DNA from: Candidatus Woesearchaeota archaeon
GTDB lineage: Archaea > Nanobdellota > Nanobdellia > Woesearchaeales > WAPY01
Reading direction: 5' to 3'
DNA length: 64,000 nt
NCBI GenBank assembly: GCA_049700835.1
Contig: JBNAUL010000001.1
Span: forward strand, 182,043-246,042
The notes under the pieces are model-generated. The model had not been told where the DNA came from. It was given only the letters and a program-made list of their open reading frames with translations, and ran no database searches. The translations under genes were made by a program, and so were the position numbers. Shown piece after piece: positions 1-10,153 of the stretch (position 1 is the stretch's first letter; every line of letters begins with the position of its first letter).

Positions 1-492
1 GGGCCAAAAACAGTATATGCTTCTGACTTGAAAACAACAGACCCAAAGATAAAACCAGTTTATCCAGAAACAATAATAGTCAAACTCTTAGAAGGGCAGG
101 AGTTAGAGCTCGAAGCAACAGCACAGCTTGGCAAGGGAAAAGAGCATACGAAGTGGTCTCCTGGGCACGCATATTATTCAAAAGTTGCAGATATAAAAAT
201 CAACAATGAAAAGATAAAGAATCCGAAGTTGTGCGCTGATAAATGCCCTAAAAAAATTTTCAAAGTTCAAAACGACAAACTACTTGTTGACGAGGAGAAA
301 ATCCTTGAATGCACTCTTTGCAAGGCCTGCGAGGAAGAATGTGAGGAAAATGCAATAAAAGTTGAAGAGAAAGAAGACGAATTTGTATTTTTTCTCGAAT
401 CGTGGGGACAGCTGTCTGCAAAGAGAATTGTAGAGGAAGCAACAGAGGAAATAAACAAAAAATTTGCACAATTCATAGAATGCTTAAAATAA
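1..492 (+). CDS. rpoD: DNA-directed RNA polymerase subunit D (Rpo3), C-terminal part; gene starts upstream of the window
   Basis: Translation has a ferredoxin-like Cys cluster (CADKCPKK...CTLCKACEEEC). It sits directly upstream of the rpl18e-rpl13-rps9-rpoN cluster, as in the conserved archaeal operon order. The ORF is open to position 1 in frame. Confidence 0.75.
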   Translation, partial: GPKTVYASDLKTTDPKIKPVYPETIIVKLLEGQELELEATAQLGKGKEHTKWSPGHAYYSKVADIKINNEKIKNPKLCADKCPKKIFKVQNDKLLVDEEKILECTLCKACEEECEENAIKVEEKEDEFVFFLESWGQLSAKRIVEEATEEINKKFAQFIECLK

Positions 493-494
493 GA

Positions 495-630
495 GCGGGG
501 GTAGCAAAGCCTGGTCAAATGCGCAAGGTTGAGGGCATTTTGCAAAAATGTTAAAAGCCTTGTCCCTAAGTGGGTTCCTGGGTTCAAAGAGTCAGGCAAA
601 AAGCCTGACTTGAAATTCCCAGCCCCCGCA
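495..630 (+). tRNA. tRNA-Leu (anticodon GAG) containing two introns, one in the anticodon loop at 37/38 and one in the T-loop
   Basis: Acceptor stem GCGGGGG/CCCCCGC with discriminator A. D-arm and long variable arm (tccctaagtgggttc) are nearly identical to the intron-less tRNA-Leu at 56919-57003. Anticodon stem caagg/ccttg with loop ttGAGg, interrupted by about 22 nt (gcattttgcaaaaatgttaaaa). T-stem ctggg/cccag is interrupted by about 28 nt containing the hairpin gtcaggc-aaaaa-gcctgac. Confidence 0.6.
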
Positions 631-672
631 TAACAGCATAGCAAGTACTTAGGATTTAAGAACAGATGAAAA

Positions 673-1041
673 ATGAAAACAAGAAAGACAGACGAGGACC
701 TGATAAGGACTATAAAGGACTTAAAACTCCTTTCCTATAAGACGAACAAGAACATTTGGAAGAGCATAGCTTCAATGCTTGAGAAACCTACAAGGAAAAA
801 GAGAATAGTTAATGTTTCAAGAATAAACAGGTTCTCAAAGGAAGGAGAAATAATAATAGTTCCTGGAAAGGTGCTGTCTTCAGGAAGTTTAAACCACAAG
901 ATTACGGTTGCGGCATTTTCATTTTCAAAGCAGGCAATTAAGAAGATAAACGAATCAGGCAGCAAGACAATGATGCTCAAGGACTTGATAAAAAATCAGG
1001 AACTAATAAGCAATACAAAAAACATAAGGATAATAGGTTAA
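673..1041 (+). CDS. rpl18e: 50S ribosomal protein L18e
   Basis: 122 aa basic protein in the position of L18e between rpoD and rpl13 in the archaeal operon. Sequence pattern (RTNR.., GKVLSSG..) is consistent with the L18e family. Confidence 0.75.
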   Translation: MKTRKTDEDLIRTIKDLKLLSYKTNKNIWKSIASMLEKPTRKKRIVNVSRINRFSKEGEIIIVPGKVLSSGSLNHKITVAAFSFSKQAIKKINESGSKTMMLKDLIKNQELISNTKNIRIIG

Positions 1042-1042
1042 A

Positions 1043-1471
1043 ATGATAATAAACGCTGAGAATATGATTTTAGGAAGGCTTGCAAGTTATGTTGCAAAGA
1101 AACTCCTTTTAGGAGAAAGGGTTGAAATCATAAACTGCGAAAAGGCAGTTGTTTCAGGAAGCAAAGAATATGTGCTTGAAAAATACAGGACTAAATTCAG
1201 TAGGGGTTCTCCAAGAAAAGGACCATTCTTCTCAAGAAGGCCAGAAGCAATAGTAAAATCAACAATAAAAGGAATGTTACCTCACAAGCAGGAAAGGGGA
1301 ATTAAAGCATTAAAAAATCTTAAATGCTACTCAGGAATTCCAGAGAACATGAAAACAAACAATGTTGTTGATGCAAACAACTTGAAAAAATTCAGCATAG
1401 AAAAACTCTCAAACACGAAATTTGTAACACTAAAAGAACTTTCAAAATTATTAGGAAACATAGAGGTTTAA
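1043..1471 (+). CDS. rpl13: 50S ribosomal protein L13
   Basis: 142 aa. N-terminal IINAENMILGRLAS and the following ...SRGSPRKGPFF...MLPHK motifs are typical of archaeal L13. Position matches the operon. Confidence 0.85.
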   Translation: MIINAENMILGRLASYVAKKLLLGERVEIINCEKAVVSGSKEYVLEKYRTKFSRGSPRKGPFFSRRPEAIVKSTIKGMLPHKQERGIKALKNLKCYSGIPENMKTNNVVDANNLKKFSIEKLSNTKFVTLKELSKLLGNIEV

Positions 1472-1498
1472 GGAAGCTTAAGAGGACAGGTGTAAATC

Positions 1499-1894
1499 AT
1501 GCAGGTAATTCAAACATCTGGAAAGAGAAAAACCGCAATTGCAAGGGCAAATTTAAAAGAGGGCAAAGGAATCATTAGAATAAACGGGGTTTTGGCAAAT
1601 CTGATAAGCCCAAAAATTGCGAATTTAAAGATTCAAGAGGCAATTCTACTTGCAGGAGATGTTGCCAAAAAGGTTGATGTTGAGATAAGAGTTAAAGGCG
1701 GAGGAGTTATAAGCAGGGCAGAAGCAGCAAGGACAGCATTATCAAAAGCACTCGTAGAATTTGAGCCCTCGCTAAAAGAAAAATTTTTGGCATACGACAG
1801 AATATTCCTTGTTTCAGATGTAAGGAGAAAGGAGACAAAAAAGCCAGGAACTCATGGAAGGGCCCGCGCAAAAAGGCAAAAATCATACAGGTGA
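1499..1894 (+). CDS. rps9: 30S ribosomal protein S9
   Basis: 131 aa. [11 protein letters not shown]-terminus and C-terminal ...GPGARARKQKSYR are hallmarks of S9. Confidence 0.9.
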   Translation: MQVIQTSGKRKTAIARANLKEGKGIIRINGVLANLISPKIANLKIQEAILLAGDVAKKVDVEIRVKGGGVISRAEAARTALSKALVEFEPSLKEKFLAYDRIFLVSDVRRKETKKPGTHGRARAKRQKSYR

Positions 1895-1898
1895 AATC

Positions 1899-2093
1899 AT
1901 GATAATACCAATAAGGTGTTTCAGCTGTGGAAAACCAATAGCTCATCTTTGGGAAGAATTCACAAAAAGAGTAAAGGCAGGAGAAGACAAGAAAAAGGTT
2001 CTTGATGATTTAGGGCTTGAGAGATATTGCTGTAGGGCAATGTTCTTAGGACATGTTGATTTAATAGATGAGATTGCAAAATTCAAGAAATAA
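1899..2093 (+). CDS. rpoN: DNA-directed RNA polymerase subunit N (Rpo10)
   Basis: 64 aa from ATG 1899 ([14 protein letters not shown]...RYCCRAM), a zinc-binding RpoN/Rpb10 signature. The listed ORF start at 1854 overlaps rps9; the internal ATG just after the rps9 stop is preferred. Confidence 0.85.
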   Translation: MIIPIRCFSCGKPIAHLWEEFTKRVKAGEDKKKVLDDLGLERYCCRAMFLGHVDLIDEIAKFKK

Positions 2094-2237
2094 ATATGCA
2101 ATCATTATTCAACAAATAAGAATTAAATTTTAATCAAATTTCAATTTAAATAGTTTAAATTTAAGTTCTTGAACAGGAATTATTATGATAAATTAAATGA
2201 GATTAGGTTGAACTTTGGTTTTCAGAAATTTTTTTAT

Positions 2238-2759
2238 TTATTTTATAGGTTCAATGAAGTCCCACTGATAGTTAATCCAAACATCAGGAACCATCTTTAC
2301 ATAATGAAGTTCAACATCATCAGGCAGCTTTCCAATCTTTTCTTTTTCCTTGGAATGCATAACAAGAATTTTAAGCTCTTTGATTTCGAAACCTAATAAA
2401 TAATTTGATGCTTTTTCAAGAGTTTTTCTTGTATCATCTACTTCATCAACTAACAGGATCTTTTTATTTTTAATGCTGTTTTTAACAATTTCGTCTAAAC
2501 CTTGAGTTATCCTTGGTTCTGGAAGCAAGTTGTTTTTTGAATCATAATTAGATATTCCAATTACATAGATAGGAATTTCTTTGTTAGAGTATTCTTTAAA
2601 AAAGGTTTTTGCCAACCTTACAGGCATCAAACCACCGCTGCTAATCCCAACCAAGAAATCAGGAACATAACTCTTGCTTAATTCTTCACAACCCTTTCTT
2701 ACTAATTCATGTATTTCATAATAAGAAATCCAAATTTTTGTCAGTTCTTTTTCAATCAT
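2238..2759 (-). CDS. Purine (hypoxanthine/guanine/xanthine-type) phosphoribosyltransferase
   Basis: 173 aa with the PRPP-binding motif ILLVDEVDDTRKTL and an upstream GISSGG loop. Co-oriented with and adjacent to the GMP synthase genes. Confidence 0.6.
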   Translation of the reverse strand: MIEKELTKIWISYYEIHELVRKGCEELSKSYVPDFLVGISSGGLMPVRLAKTFFKEYSNKEIPIYVIGISNYDSKNNLLPEPRITQGLDEIVKNSIKNKKILLVDEVDDTRKTLEKASNYLLGFEIKELKILVMHSKEKEKIGKLPDDVELHYVKMVPDVWINYQWDFIEPIK

Positions 2760-2826
2760 AAATAAACCTTAACATGCAGATTAATAAATTTTTCTGTGAT
2801 TAATCAGATAATTTAACAAATTATTC

Positions 2827-3822
2827 TCATTCAATAGTTGATGGAGGCTTGTTAGAGATATCATAAACAACTCTATTAACACCTTTTATATCGCTCGTTA
2901 TTCTTGAAGAAATCTTTTCTAAAACTTCATAAGGAATCCTTGAAAAATTCGCAGTCATGGCATCCTTTGATTCTACAATTCTCACGCAAACAACATAGCC
3001 GTAATCTATAGAGTCTCCTTTTATCCTAACAGATTTAATAGGAAGCAAAACAGCAAACCCCATCCAAACCTTGTCATAAAAACCTGATTTTTTGAGTTCT
3101 TCTTGAACAATATAATCTGCTTTTTTAACAATGTTAATTTTCTCTTTGTTTATTTTGCCTATAATCCTTATTGCAAGTCCTGGGCCAGGAAACACATGCC
3201 GATCTATGATCTCTCTGCTCAAACCGAGCTCTTCAGCAAGCTTTCTGACTTCGTCTTTGTAGAGATTCCTCAAAGGCTCATAAATCTTGAGTTTGATGTT
3301 CTTTGGCAAGGCTCCAACATTGTGATGGGATTTTATTATTGAAGAATTTTTTGTAAGTCCACTCTCAATTCTATCAGAATATATTGTTCCTTGTATCAAA
3401 AATTCAGCTTTTTCATTTAAAGCAATTTCCTCAAAAATCTTTATAAACAATCTTCCAATAATCTTTCTCTTTTTTTCAGGGCTACTTACGCCATTTAGGG
3501 CTTTTAAAAACCTCTTTTTTGCATCTACCATTCTCAAGTTTAAGTTATATTTTGAGAATTCCTTTAAAACGAATTCTTTATCACCTTTTCTCATAAGATC
3601 TGTGTCAACATAAACAGCAACCAAGTTTTTTCCAATGACATTATTGACCATTACTGCTGCTGTTGAAGAATCAACTCCGCCTGACAGACCAACAATCGCT
3701 TTTTTATTGCTTAACACAGATTCAATTTCCTTGTAAATTTTTTCCTTAATGTTAAAATTAACATTAAACTTATGCGAAATCTTCTTTACCTTACATATTT
3801 TGAACAAAAAATTATTTAGCAT
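2827..3822 (-). CDS. guaAB: GMP synthase [glutamine-hydrolyzing] subunit B (ATP pyrophosphatase domain)
   Basis: 331 aa. PP-loop SGGVDSS and a C-terminal GMP synthase dimerization region. Stop overlaps the start region of the upstream GATase subunit gene. Confidence 0.85.
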   Translation of the reverse strand: MLNNFLFKICKVKKISHKFNVNFNIKEKIYKEIESVLSNKKAIVGLSGGVDSSTAAVMVNNVIGKNLVAVYVDTDLMRKGDKEFVLKEFSKYNLNLRMVDAKKRFLKALNGVSSPEKKRKIIGRLFIKIFEEIALNEKAEFLIQGTIYSDRIESGLTKNSSIIKSHHNVGALPKNIKLKIYEPLRNLYKDEVRKLAEELGLSREIIDRHVFPGPGLAIRIIGKINKEKINIVKKADYIVQEELKKSGFYDKVWMGFAVLLPIKSVRIKGDSIDYGYVVCVRIVESKDAMTANFSRIPYEVLEKISSRITSDIKGVNRVVYDISNKPPSTIE

Positions 3823-4344
3823 CTTAAAACCTTTTCTGTATGAATGACTTCAGGATGGAATTGCACTCCATAAACATTCTTTTTTCTGTTTTCAAAACCC
3901 GCTATTAAGGAATTTTCTGTCAGAGCCGTAATTTTATAATCCTTGGGTAGTTTGCAAACAAAATCCTTATGATTCATCCAAACCATAAATTCATTAGGTT
4001 TAATTCCAAAAAACAATTTGCTCTTATTTATTGTTTTTAATTTGCAAGAACCGTATTCGCCAATAACGCCTTTTTTTAACTGTTCCTCCTTCTAAAAAAC
4101 ATATCAGTTGAAAGCCGTAGCAAATTCCAAGAATTGGTATTCCAAGATTAAAGATTTTCTTTGAAATCTTTGGAGAGTCCTTGTCATAAACTGATTTAGA
4201 ACTTCCAGACAAGATAATCCCTGCAACATTCTTTTTGTTGATTTTATTGAAATCATCAGGATAAACAACCTCAGGACAAACTCCAAGCTCAGCAATTCTC
4301 CCGCAGATCAAGTGAGTGTACTGCCCTCCAAAATCAACAACCAA
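3816..4344 (-). pseudogene. guaAA: GMP synthase subunit A (class I glutamine amidotransferase), interrupted by a frameshift
   Basis: ORFs 4024-4344 and 3816-4016 together encode a GATase1 (GICYGFQL nucleophile elbow ... HPEV). Translating the minus strand across 4021-4080 in the alternative frame restores continuous GATase sequence (..GVIGEYGSCKLKTI..SKLFFGIKPNEFMVWMNHKDFV). The frame change maps to the T7 run at 4071-4077 on the plus strand. Confidence 0.6.
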
Positions 4345-4581
4345 AACTTTATTATTTTTGGAATTCTAATTTTTATTTGTCATTAAATTCATTAATACAA
4401 AATCATTTTAAAATTTTTTGATTAAACTTTAAAATTAGCAATTGAAAAGCAAAGATAAAAAACTTAATAAAAAATAAAAAATTTAAATACGTAACCAACT
4501 TACACAAGAATATCAATTTTATAATGCACGCCAATGTACAGAATTGTTTCAACAGGAAATAAAAATCATTAAGGTGGTTTT

Positions 4582-7500
4582 ATGGATTCAAAGGAAATCT
4601 CAGAAAAAAGAATTGACTTTAGGGAAATAGCAAAGAAGTGGCAGAAGAGATGGGCTGAAGAAAGGATATTTCAGGTAAAGGAAGACCCTAAAAAGAGAAA
4701 GTTCTATTGCCTTGAGATGTATCCTTATCCTTCTGGAAAACTCCACATGGGACATGTAAGAAACTACACGATCGGGGACTGCTATGCAAGATTCAAGAGA
4801 ATGCAGGGCTTCAATGTTTTGTATCCTATGGGCTATGATGCATTCGGGCTTCCTGCTGAGAATGCTGCAATAAAGAACAACACAAATCCCAAAGTTTGGA
4901 CTGAAAACTGCATTGCTATGATGAAAGAACAGCAAAAGGAATTAGGTTTCAGCTATGATTGGAGCAGAGAAGTAGCAACTTATAAGCCAGAATACTACAA
5001 ATGGAACCAATGGATTTTCATAAAATTCTACGAGAATGGGCTTGTTTACAGGAAAAAATCCCCTGTCAATTGGTGTCCTAAATGCGGCACTGTTTTGGCT
5101 AACGAGCAGGTGATACACACAAAATGCTGGCGTTGCGGTTCTAAGGTTGAAATAAGGCAGATAGAACAATGGTTTTTAAAAATAACTGCATATGCTGACG
5201 AGCTTCTTGATGATTTGGAAAAACTTGACTGGCCTGAAAAGGTTAAGATCATGCAGAGAAACTGGATTGGAAAGAGCGAGGGAACTTTGGTCAAATTTAA
5301 AATAGAAGGTTTGGACAAGGATGTTGAAGTTTTCACAACAAGGCCAGATACTATTTTTGGAGCAACATTTTTGGTGATTGCTCCTGAACACCCTCTTGTT
5401 GAAGAACTTGTCATGGGAACAAGATATGAAAAGGAAGTTTCAGAATTCGCAAGAAAAGTCATGCTTGAAGAAAAGACAGAAAGGGCAGCAGATGAAAAGG
5501 AAAAAGAAGGGCTGTTTATTGGGAGATACGCAATAAATCCAATGACAAAAGAAAAAATTCCAATATATGCTGCAAATTTTGTTCTAATGGATTATGGGAC
5601 AGGAATAATAATGGGGGTGCCTGCCCACGATCAGAGGGATTTTGATTTTGCAAAGAAATACAACCTAAAAATAAAGAGCGTTATAAGAGAAAACCTGCTT
5701 GGAGTAATTCCAACAGTTAACAAAGAAATAGAAAAAGAGTTTGATAAACTAAAAATAAATTATTATTTAAACAACAATTGTTATTATGTAAAATCAGACA
5801 AGGAAAAAAGAGACGCTATTTTTGAGATTGCAAAAAAATACATAAGCAATAATTCTTATGCTGATTTTTTTGTTGAGAACAAGGTTTTTGCTGTTTTTAA
5901 AAATAGAGTTTTTGACTTGGATGCAGAATTAGAGGAAACGCAAAAACAAGTAAGCAAATTAAAAGTGCAAAAAGAATTTTCTGATTTGAAAAAAATCAAA
6001 AAAGAATGGCCAAAGTTCTCTGAGGAAGAAATTTGGGATTTTGAATTAAAAACAGCTTATTCAGGAGAAGGAACACTGATAAATTCAGGAGAGTTCTCTG
6101 GAATGAACAGCAGGGAAGCGATTGAAAAGATAACCAATTATTTTGAAAAGAACAGAATTGGAAAGAAAACAGTGAACTACAAGCTTAGGGATTGGTTGAT
6201 AAGCAGGCAAAGATACTGGGGAACTCCTATTCCTTTTGTTTACTGCAAAGAACATGGTTACCAACCAGTTCCGTATGAAGAACTACCTGTTCTGTTGCCA
6301 GGGGATGTTGTTTTTACAGGGAATGGAAATCCTATTGAAACATCAAAAACATTCGTTAAGGGGCGATGCCCTGTTTGCGGAAAAGAAGCAAGGAGGGAAA
6401 CAGACACGATGGACACCTTTGTAGATTCTTCATGGTATTTCTTAAGGTACTGTGATCCTGAAAATGCAAAACTTCCATTCAGCAAGGAGAAGGTTGGTTA
6501 TTGGATGCCTGTTGATCAGTACATTGGAGGAATAGAGCACGCAATTCTTCATCTCTTGTACTCAAGATTTTTTACAAAGGCTTTGCGGGATTTGGGATTA
6601 ATTGATGTTGATGAGCCGTTCAAGAAATTGCTTACTCAGGGAATGGTTTTGAAAAACGGAGAAGTAATGTCAAAATCAAAGGGCAATGTGGTTGATCCAG
6701 GAGAAATAATAGAAAAGTACGGTCCGGACACTGCAAGGATGTTCATGCTATTAGCAGCATCTCCTGAAAAAGAACTTGAATGGAGCGACGAAGGGGTTGA
6801 CAATGTTTACAAGTTCCTCAAAAAGTATGTTTTGTTCGCAATTGAAAACAAAGAAACATTTAGTTCTATAATAAAGAAAAAATCAATCAAAAAATTGAGT
6901 AATAAGGAAAGATACATACTTTCAAAAACAAACAATTTAATAAAGGAAGTTACAGAATTGATTGAACGCTTTGAGTTGAACATTGCGTTGCAAAAAATCA
7001 TTTCATTGTTTGATGAGTTAGTTAAAAACAAAGAGGAGATAAGCAAAGAAGTTTTGGCAGAAGCGCTTGAGAACATAACAATGCTCTTGTCTCCTTTTGC
7101 ACCCCATGTTTGCGAGGAGGTTTGGAGTTTGCTTTCAAAGAAAGCATTGTTGAGCATTCAAAAATGGCCTGTTCCAAAAGAGAATCTCATTGACCCAAAG
7201 ATAGAGGAGCTTTACGAACTGGTTGAAAAAATAAAATATGATCTAAAACAGGTTTTAGAGCTGGCTAAAAAGAAGAATTTAAACATAAAGATCGCAAGGA
7301 TGATAGTTGCTGATGAATGGAAGCACGAACTTTTTGATGAATTGAGGGAAATTTTGAAAAGAACAAGAAACATTTCAGAAATAATAAAAGAAATTAACAA
7401 GAACAATAAATTGTTAGGAAATGCCAAGGATGCAAAAGAAATCGTTGGAATAATAGAAAAGGTGCTTAGGAATCCGCAGTTGTTGTTGAAAAACAGAATA

Positions 7501-7653
7501 TTGCAAATGGAAGAACTAGAAATTTTAGAACAAGAAAAGAAGAATTTTGAAGAACAATTTAGTTTGAAAATAGTGATTGAAAAAGAGCATAATTCTACAC
7601 ATGAAAAAGCAAAACAGGCGCTTCCTGGAAAGCCGTCCATAATTTTAGAATAA
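4582..7653 (+). CDS. leuS: Leucyl-tRNA synthetase (archaeal/eukaryal type)
   Basis: 1023 aa. Class I HIGH motif ([13 protein letters not shown]), KMSKS motif (KMSKSKGN), editing domain, zinc-binding Cys pairs. Confidence 0.9.
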   Translation: MDSKEISEKRIDFREIAKKWQKRWAEERIFQVKEDPKKRKFYCLEMYPYPSGKLHMGHVRNYTIGDCYARFKRMQGFNVLYPMGYDAFGLPAENAAIKNNTNPKVWTENCIAMMKEQQKELGFSYDWSREVATYKPEYYKWNQWIFIKFYENGLVYRKKSPVNWCPKCGTVLANEQVIHTKCWRCGSKVEIRQIEQWFLKITAYADELLDDLEKLDWPEKVKIMQRNWIGKSEGTLVKFKIEGLDKDVEVFTTRPDTIFGATFLVIAPEHPLVEELVMGTRYEKEVSEFARKVMLEEKTERAADEKEKEGLFIGRYAINPMTKEKIPIYAANFVLMDYGTGIIMGVPAHDQRDFDFAKKYNLKIKSVIRENLLGVIPTVNKEIEKEFDKLKINYYLNNNCYYVKSDKEKRDAIFEIAKKYISNNSYADFFVENKVFAVFKNRVFDLDAELEETQKQVSKLKVQKEFSDLKKIKKEWPKFSEEEIWDFELKTAYSGEGTLINSGEFSGMNSREAIEKITNYFEKNRIGKKTVNYKLRDWLISRQRYWGTPIPFVYCKEHGYQPVPYEELPVLLPGDVVFTGNGNPIETSKTFVKGRCPVCGKEARRETDTMDTFVDSSWYFLRYCDPENAKLPFSKEKVGYWMPVDQYIGGIEHAILHLLYSRFFTKALRDLGLIDVDEPFKKLLTQGMVLKNGEVMSKSKGNVVDPGEIIEKYGPDTARMFMLLAASPEKELEWSDEGVDNVYKFLKKYVLFAIENKETFSSIIKKKSIKKLSNKERYILSKTNNLIKEVTELIERFELNIALQKIISLFDELVKNKEEISKEVLAEALENITMLLSPFAPHVCEEVWSLLSKKALLSIQKWPVPKENLIDPKIEELYELVEKIKYDLKQVLELAKKKNLNIKIARMIVADEWKHELFDELREILKRTRNISEIIKEINKNNKLLGNAKDAKEIVGIIEKVLRNPQLLLKNRILQMEELEILEQEKKNFEEQFSLKIVIEKEHNSTHEKAKQALPGKPSIILE

Positions 7654-7662
7654 GGTTCTAAA

Positions 7663-8472
7663 ATGGGAAAAATTTTAAGCATTGAAGAAAAAGAAAAACT
7701 ATTTCAAAGAACATTGATTGTCTATCTTGAAGGGTTCAGGAAAGAAAGCATAGAAATAAAAAAGACAATTGAAAGAAAATTTAAAACAAGGGTTCATTCT
7801 GTTTGCAGGAAGTTTTTGAAGAGATTTTTTTGCAATGAAAAAATCTGCAAGAATTATTCTCTTATAATCTCTTTTGGAGGAGATGGAACTTTTCTAAGAA
7901 CAGCGCATTTTGTCAACAAAACTCCTCTGTTGGGAATAAATGCTTCAAACAAAAAGAAAGAGGGATTTCTTACAACAACGAGCAGGCAGAAATTTAGCAA
8001 TGACCTTAAAAATGAAATCTTTTTTGAAGAATTACAAAGAATAAAAATAATTATCAATGGCAAAGAAATTCCTGACAAGGCAATCAACGATGTTTTTATT
8101 GGACACAAGAAGAGCTATAAATCAGCAAAATACGAGTTGATTTTGAAGGAAAAGGGAATAAGAGAAAAACATCTTTCCTCAGGAATAATAATCTCAACAG
8201 AAATAGGAACAAATGCTTGGTACAAATCTGTAGGAGGAGTTCCGCAAACCAACAAGGATAATCTCTACTATATTGTAAGAGAACCTTACAGAGGAAGAAT
8301 TTACAAATCAAAACACTTGAAAGGAAATTCAAGAGAAATAAGGATAAAGGCTTTGAAAAATTTGATTCTTGTTGTTGACTCTTTAAGCAGGGAATACATT
8401 CTAAAGAAGAACGATACAGCAGTCCTAAGATTTGACAGGAACAATATTAAAAGAATAAATTTCAAGAGATAA
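7663..8472 (+). CDS. nadK: NAD(+) kinase
   Basis: 269 aa with the GGDGT motif (ISFGGDGTFLR) and NAD kinase-like C-terminal domain. Confidence 0.7.
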   Translation: MGKILSIEEKEKLFQRTLIVYLEGFRKESIEIKKTIERKFKTRVHSVCRKFLKRFFCNEKICKNYSLIISFGGDGTFLRTAHFVNKTPLLGINASNKKKEGFLTTTSRQKFSNDLKNEIFFEELQRIKIIINGKEIPDKAINDVFIGHKKSYKSAKYELILKEKGIREKHLSSGIIISTEIGTNAWYKSVGGVPQTNKDNLYYIVREPYRGRIYKSKHLKGNSREIRIKALKNLILVVDSLSREYILKKNDTAVLRFDRNNIKRINFKR

Positions 8473-8511
8473 AATATTTGAATGTTATTAGTGAATATTT
8501 AAAAAATATTA

Positions 8512-8792
8512 AAAAGGCAGGCGCTATGGTTTGAATTTAAAACCACAATAGGTTTAACCCTAAAGATTACTCAATCCTGTTAGTCCGCAGACACCCTTCT
8601 TGTTGATTATGGCTGCTTCCTTCCGGACCTAACCAGGTTCTCAACAAAAAGAGTCCTGCGGGACAAGATTTCACAGTTTAACTTTAGGACCAATTGTGGC
8701 ATTAAACCCGCACCATAGCTTTAGCCCCGCCATGAAGCCCATTTGCGGTCACAGGGAAGGGCTAACTCCCCGGCGTGCCTGCCAAATAGGAG
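8512..8792 (-). ncRNA. ffs: Signal recognition particle RNA (7S/SRP RNA)
   Basis: The reverse complement of 8611-8640 reads GGTTAGGTCCGGAAGGAAGCAGCCA. This is almost identical to the universally conserved SRP RNA domain IV (helix 8) sequence GGUCAGGUCCGGAAGGAAGCAGCC with its GGAA tetraloop. The locus is a GC-rich island in AT-rich DNA. Its ends are complementary (ggcaggcgc 8516-8524 with gcgtgcctgcc 8775-8785; ctatggt with accatag), giving the long helix 5 of a roughly 280-nt archaeal 7S RNA. Confidence 0.65.
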
Positions 8793-8876
8793 AAACACAA
8801 CTGTCTTTTAAATCTTTTTGTAACAATAAAAAAAGACTTAAAAATAATGTATTTTATTATTTTTCAAATAACAAAA

Positions 8877-9503
8877 ATGAAGCAAAAAGACAAAAGAACA
8901 AGGAAAAAGGTAGGAGTTGATCTTGACGACATATTGTTTCCATTCAACAAACACTTCTTGATTTACAGAAACAAAAAACACAACACAAACTACACTGAAA
9001 AGGTCTTTAGAATGAGCACAGAAGATATTATGAAAGAGATGGACGATTTTTACAAGACAAGAGAGTATGAGCAGATAGAACCTGTTGAGGACGCTTTTAA
9101 AGCCCTGAGCGAGATAAAGAAGACGCACGATTTAGCCATAGTAACTGCCCGTCCAGAATACCTTGTTGAAAAAACCAACAGATGGCTGAACAAGTATTTC
9201 AAGAACATCTTTTCAGAGGTCATTTTCACAAACCAACAATCCTTATTGAATAAGAAGAGAAGCAAGGCAGAAGTTTGCATTGAAAAGAGTATTGAAATAT
9301 TAATAGAGGACAATTTTGAGTATGTCATTGACTGCGCTCAGAAAGGAATAAGAGTTCTGCTTTTTAACAAACCGTGGAATATAAATTTCAGCGCTCCAAA
9401 AGAATATAAAGAGTTTATAGTAAAGATTGATGGTTGGAACGATGTTTTAAGAGTTTATAAAAGCACAGACAAGTTTTCAAATTTTGAGAAGCTCAAGAGG
9501 TAG
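8877..9503 (+). CDS. HAD-superfamily 5'(3')-deoxyribonucleotidase-like phosphatase
   Basis: HAD motif I VGVDLDDIL near the N-terminus. Overall similarity to the NT5C/YorS-type 5'-nucleotidase family. The start is taken at the second ATG (8877) rather than the ORF-track 8847. Confidence 0.5.
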   Translation: MKQKDKRTRKKVGVDLDDILFPFNKHFLIYRNKKHNTNYTEKVFRMSTEDIMKEMDDFYKTREYEQIEPVEDAFKALSEIKKTHDLAIVTARPEYLVEKTNRWLNKYFKNIFSEVIFTNQQSLLNKKRSKAEVCIEKSIEILIEDNFEYVIDCAQKGIRVLLFNKPWNINFSAPKEYKEFIVKIDGWNDVLRVYKSTDKFSNFEKLKR

Positions 9504-9544
9504 AGAGAATAAATACAATCTTTAAATATAATCTGATTTATTTT

Positions 9545-10135
9545 TTATTTTGTCATTTTGGCAATGTCAATTGTAAGGTCCTCAAGTTTTTTCAAAGCGT
9601 ACTTTATTGAATCAAACTTACCTCTAAGTTCTCCGCTTCTAAAATCAAAGAGCATCAACTCATTGTAGATCATCTCAACAACATCCTTCACTTCAAGAAC
9701 TTTGTCAAAATCCTTTTTCAGAAAATTATTTACGGCAAATCTGACAAGCTCTCCTGTGAAATCGCAAATTCCAAGAAGGTAGCTTTCAACATCAACAAAG
9801 AGTTCGTTCTGCTTTGGTATTTTTTTGTTTTTTGCAAATTCATAAAAGCACAACGCCTCAACATATTCTTGAAAAGCATTTCTTAGATAACCAACATCGC
9901 TTATCCTGCTTTTTGTTTTTTTCAAAAGCTCCTTTACGCTCTTTTTTATCTCTTCAACGCTCTTTGAAGCAGCAGAGAAATCGTTCCTGTGAACAGAGTA
10001 TATTATCTTCTTTGATTCCTTTACTATCTCCCTGCTTTCAATTATTAAACTATCCCTTAACTTGTCCTCTCTTTCATATTCCTTTCTCAAAAGAGTGAAA
10101 TTATTTTTTATTTCATTAAAATTCATGCCAACCAA
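9545..10135 (-). CDS. Translin-family protein
   Basis: 196 aa all-helical. Motif ESYLLGICDFTGELVRFAVN and C-terminal LRGKFDSIKYALKKLEDL match translin/TRAX signatures (YLxGLxDLTGELMR; LRKKYDxLKYDLKKVEE). Confidence 0.5.
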   Translation of the reverse strand: MVGMNFNEIKNNFTLLRKEYEREDKLRDSLIIESREIVKESKKIIYSVHRNDFSAASKSVEEIKKSVKELLKKTKSRISDVGYLRNAFQEYVEALCFYEFAKNKKIPKQNELFVDVESYLLGICDFTGELVRFAVNNFLKKDFDKVLEVKDVVEMIYNELMLFDFRSGELRGKFDSIKYALKKLEDLTIDIAKMTK

Positions 10136-10153
10136 CTCCTAATCAAGACCCAA

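Noticed and set aside
1854-2093. ORF-track start of rpoN at 1854
   Set aside because: That start overlaps the rps9 3' end by 41 nt and adds a non-conserved 15-aa leader. ATG 1899, immediately after the rps9 stop, gives the canonical 64-aa RpoN.
2169-2396. 75-aa plus-strand ORF
   Set aside because: It is antisense to the 3' end of the phosphoribosyltransferase gene and the AT-rich spacer, and has low-complexity composition.
6236-7682. Several 60-156 aa ORFs on both strands inside leuS (e.g. 6236-6424, 6258-6485, 6807-7157, 7212-7682)
   Set aside because: They are fully contained within, and out of frame with or antisense to, the well-supported LeuRS gene.
8696-8920. 74-aa plus-strand ORF (MALNPHHSFSPAMKPICGHREG...)
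   Set aside because: It lies over the GC-rich SRP RNA gene and its composition is unlike other proteins here, so it is taken as an artefact of the structured-RNA locus.
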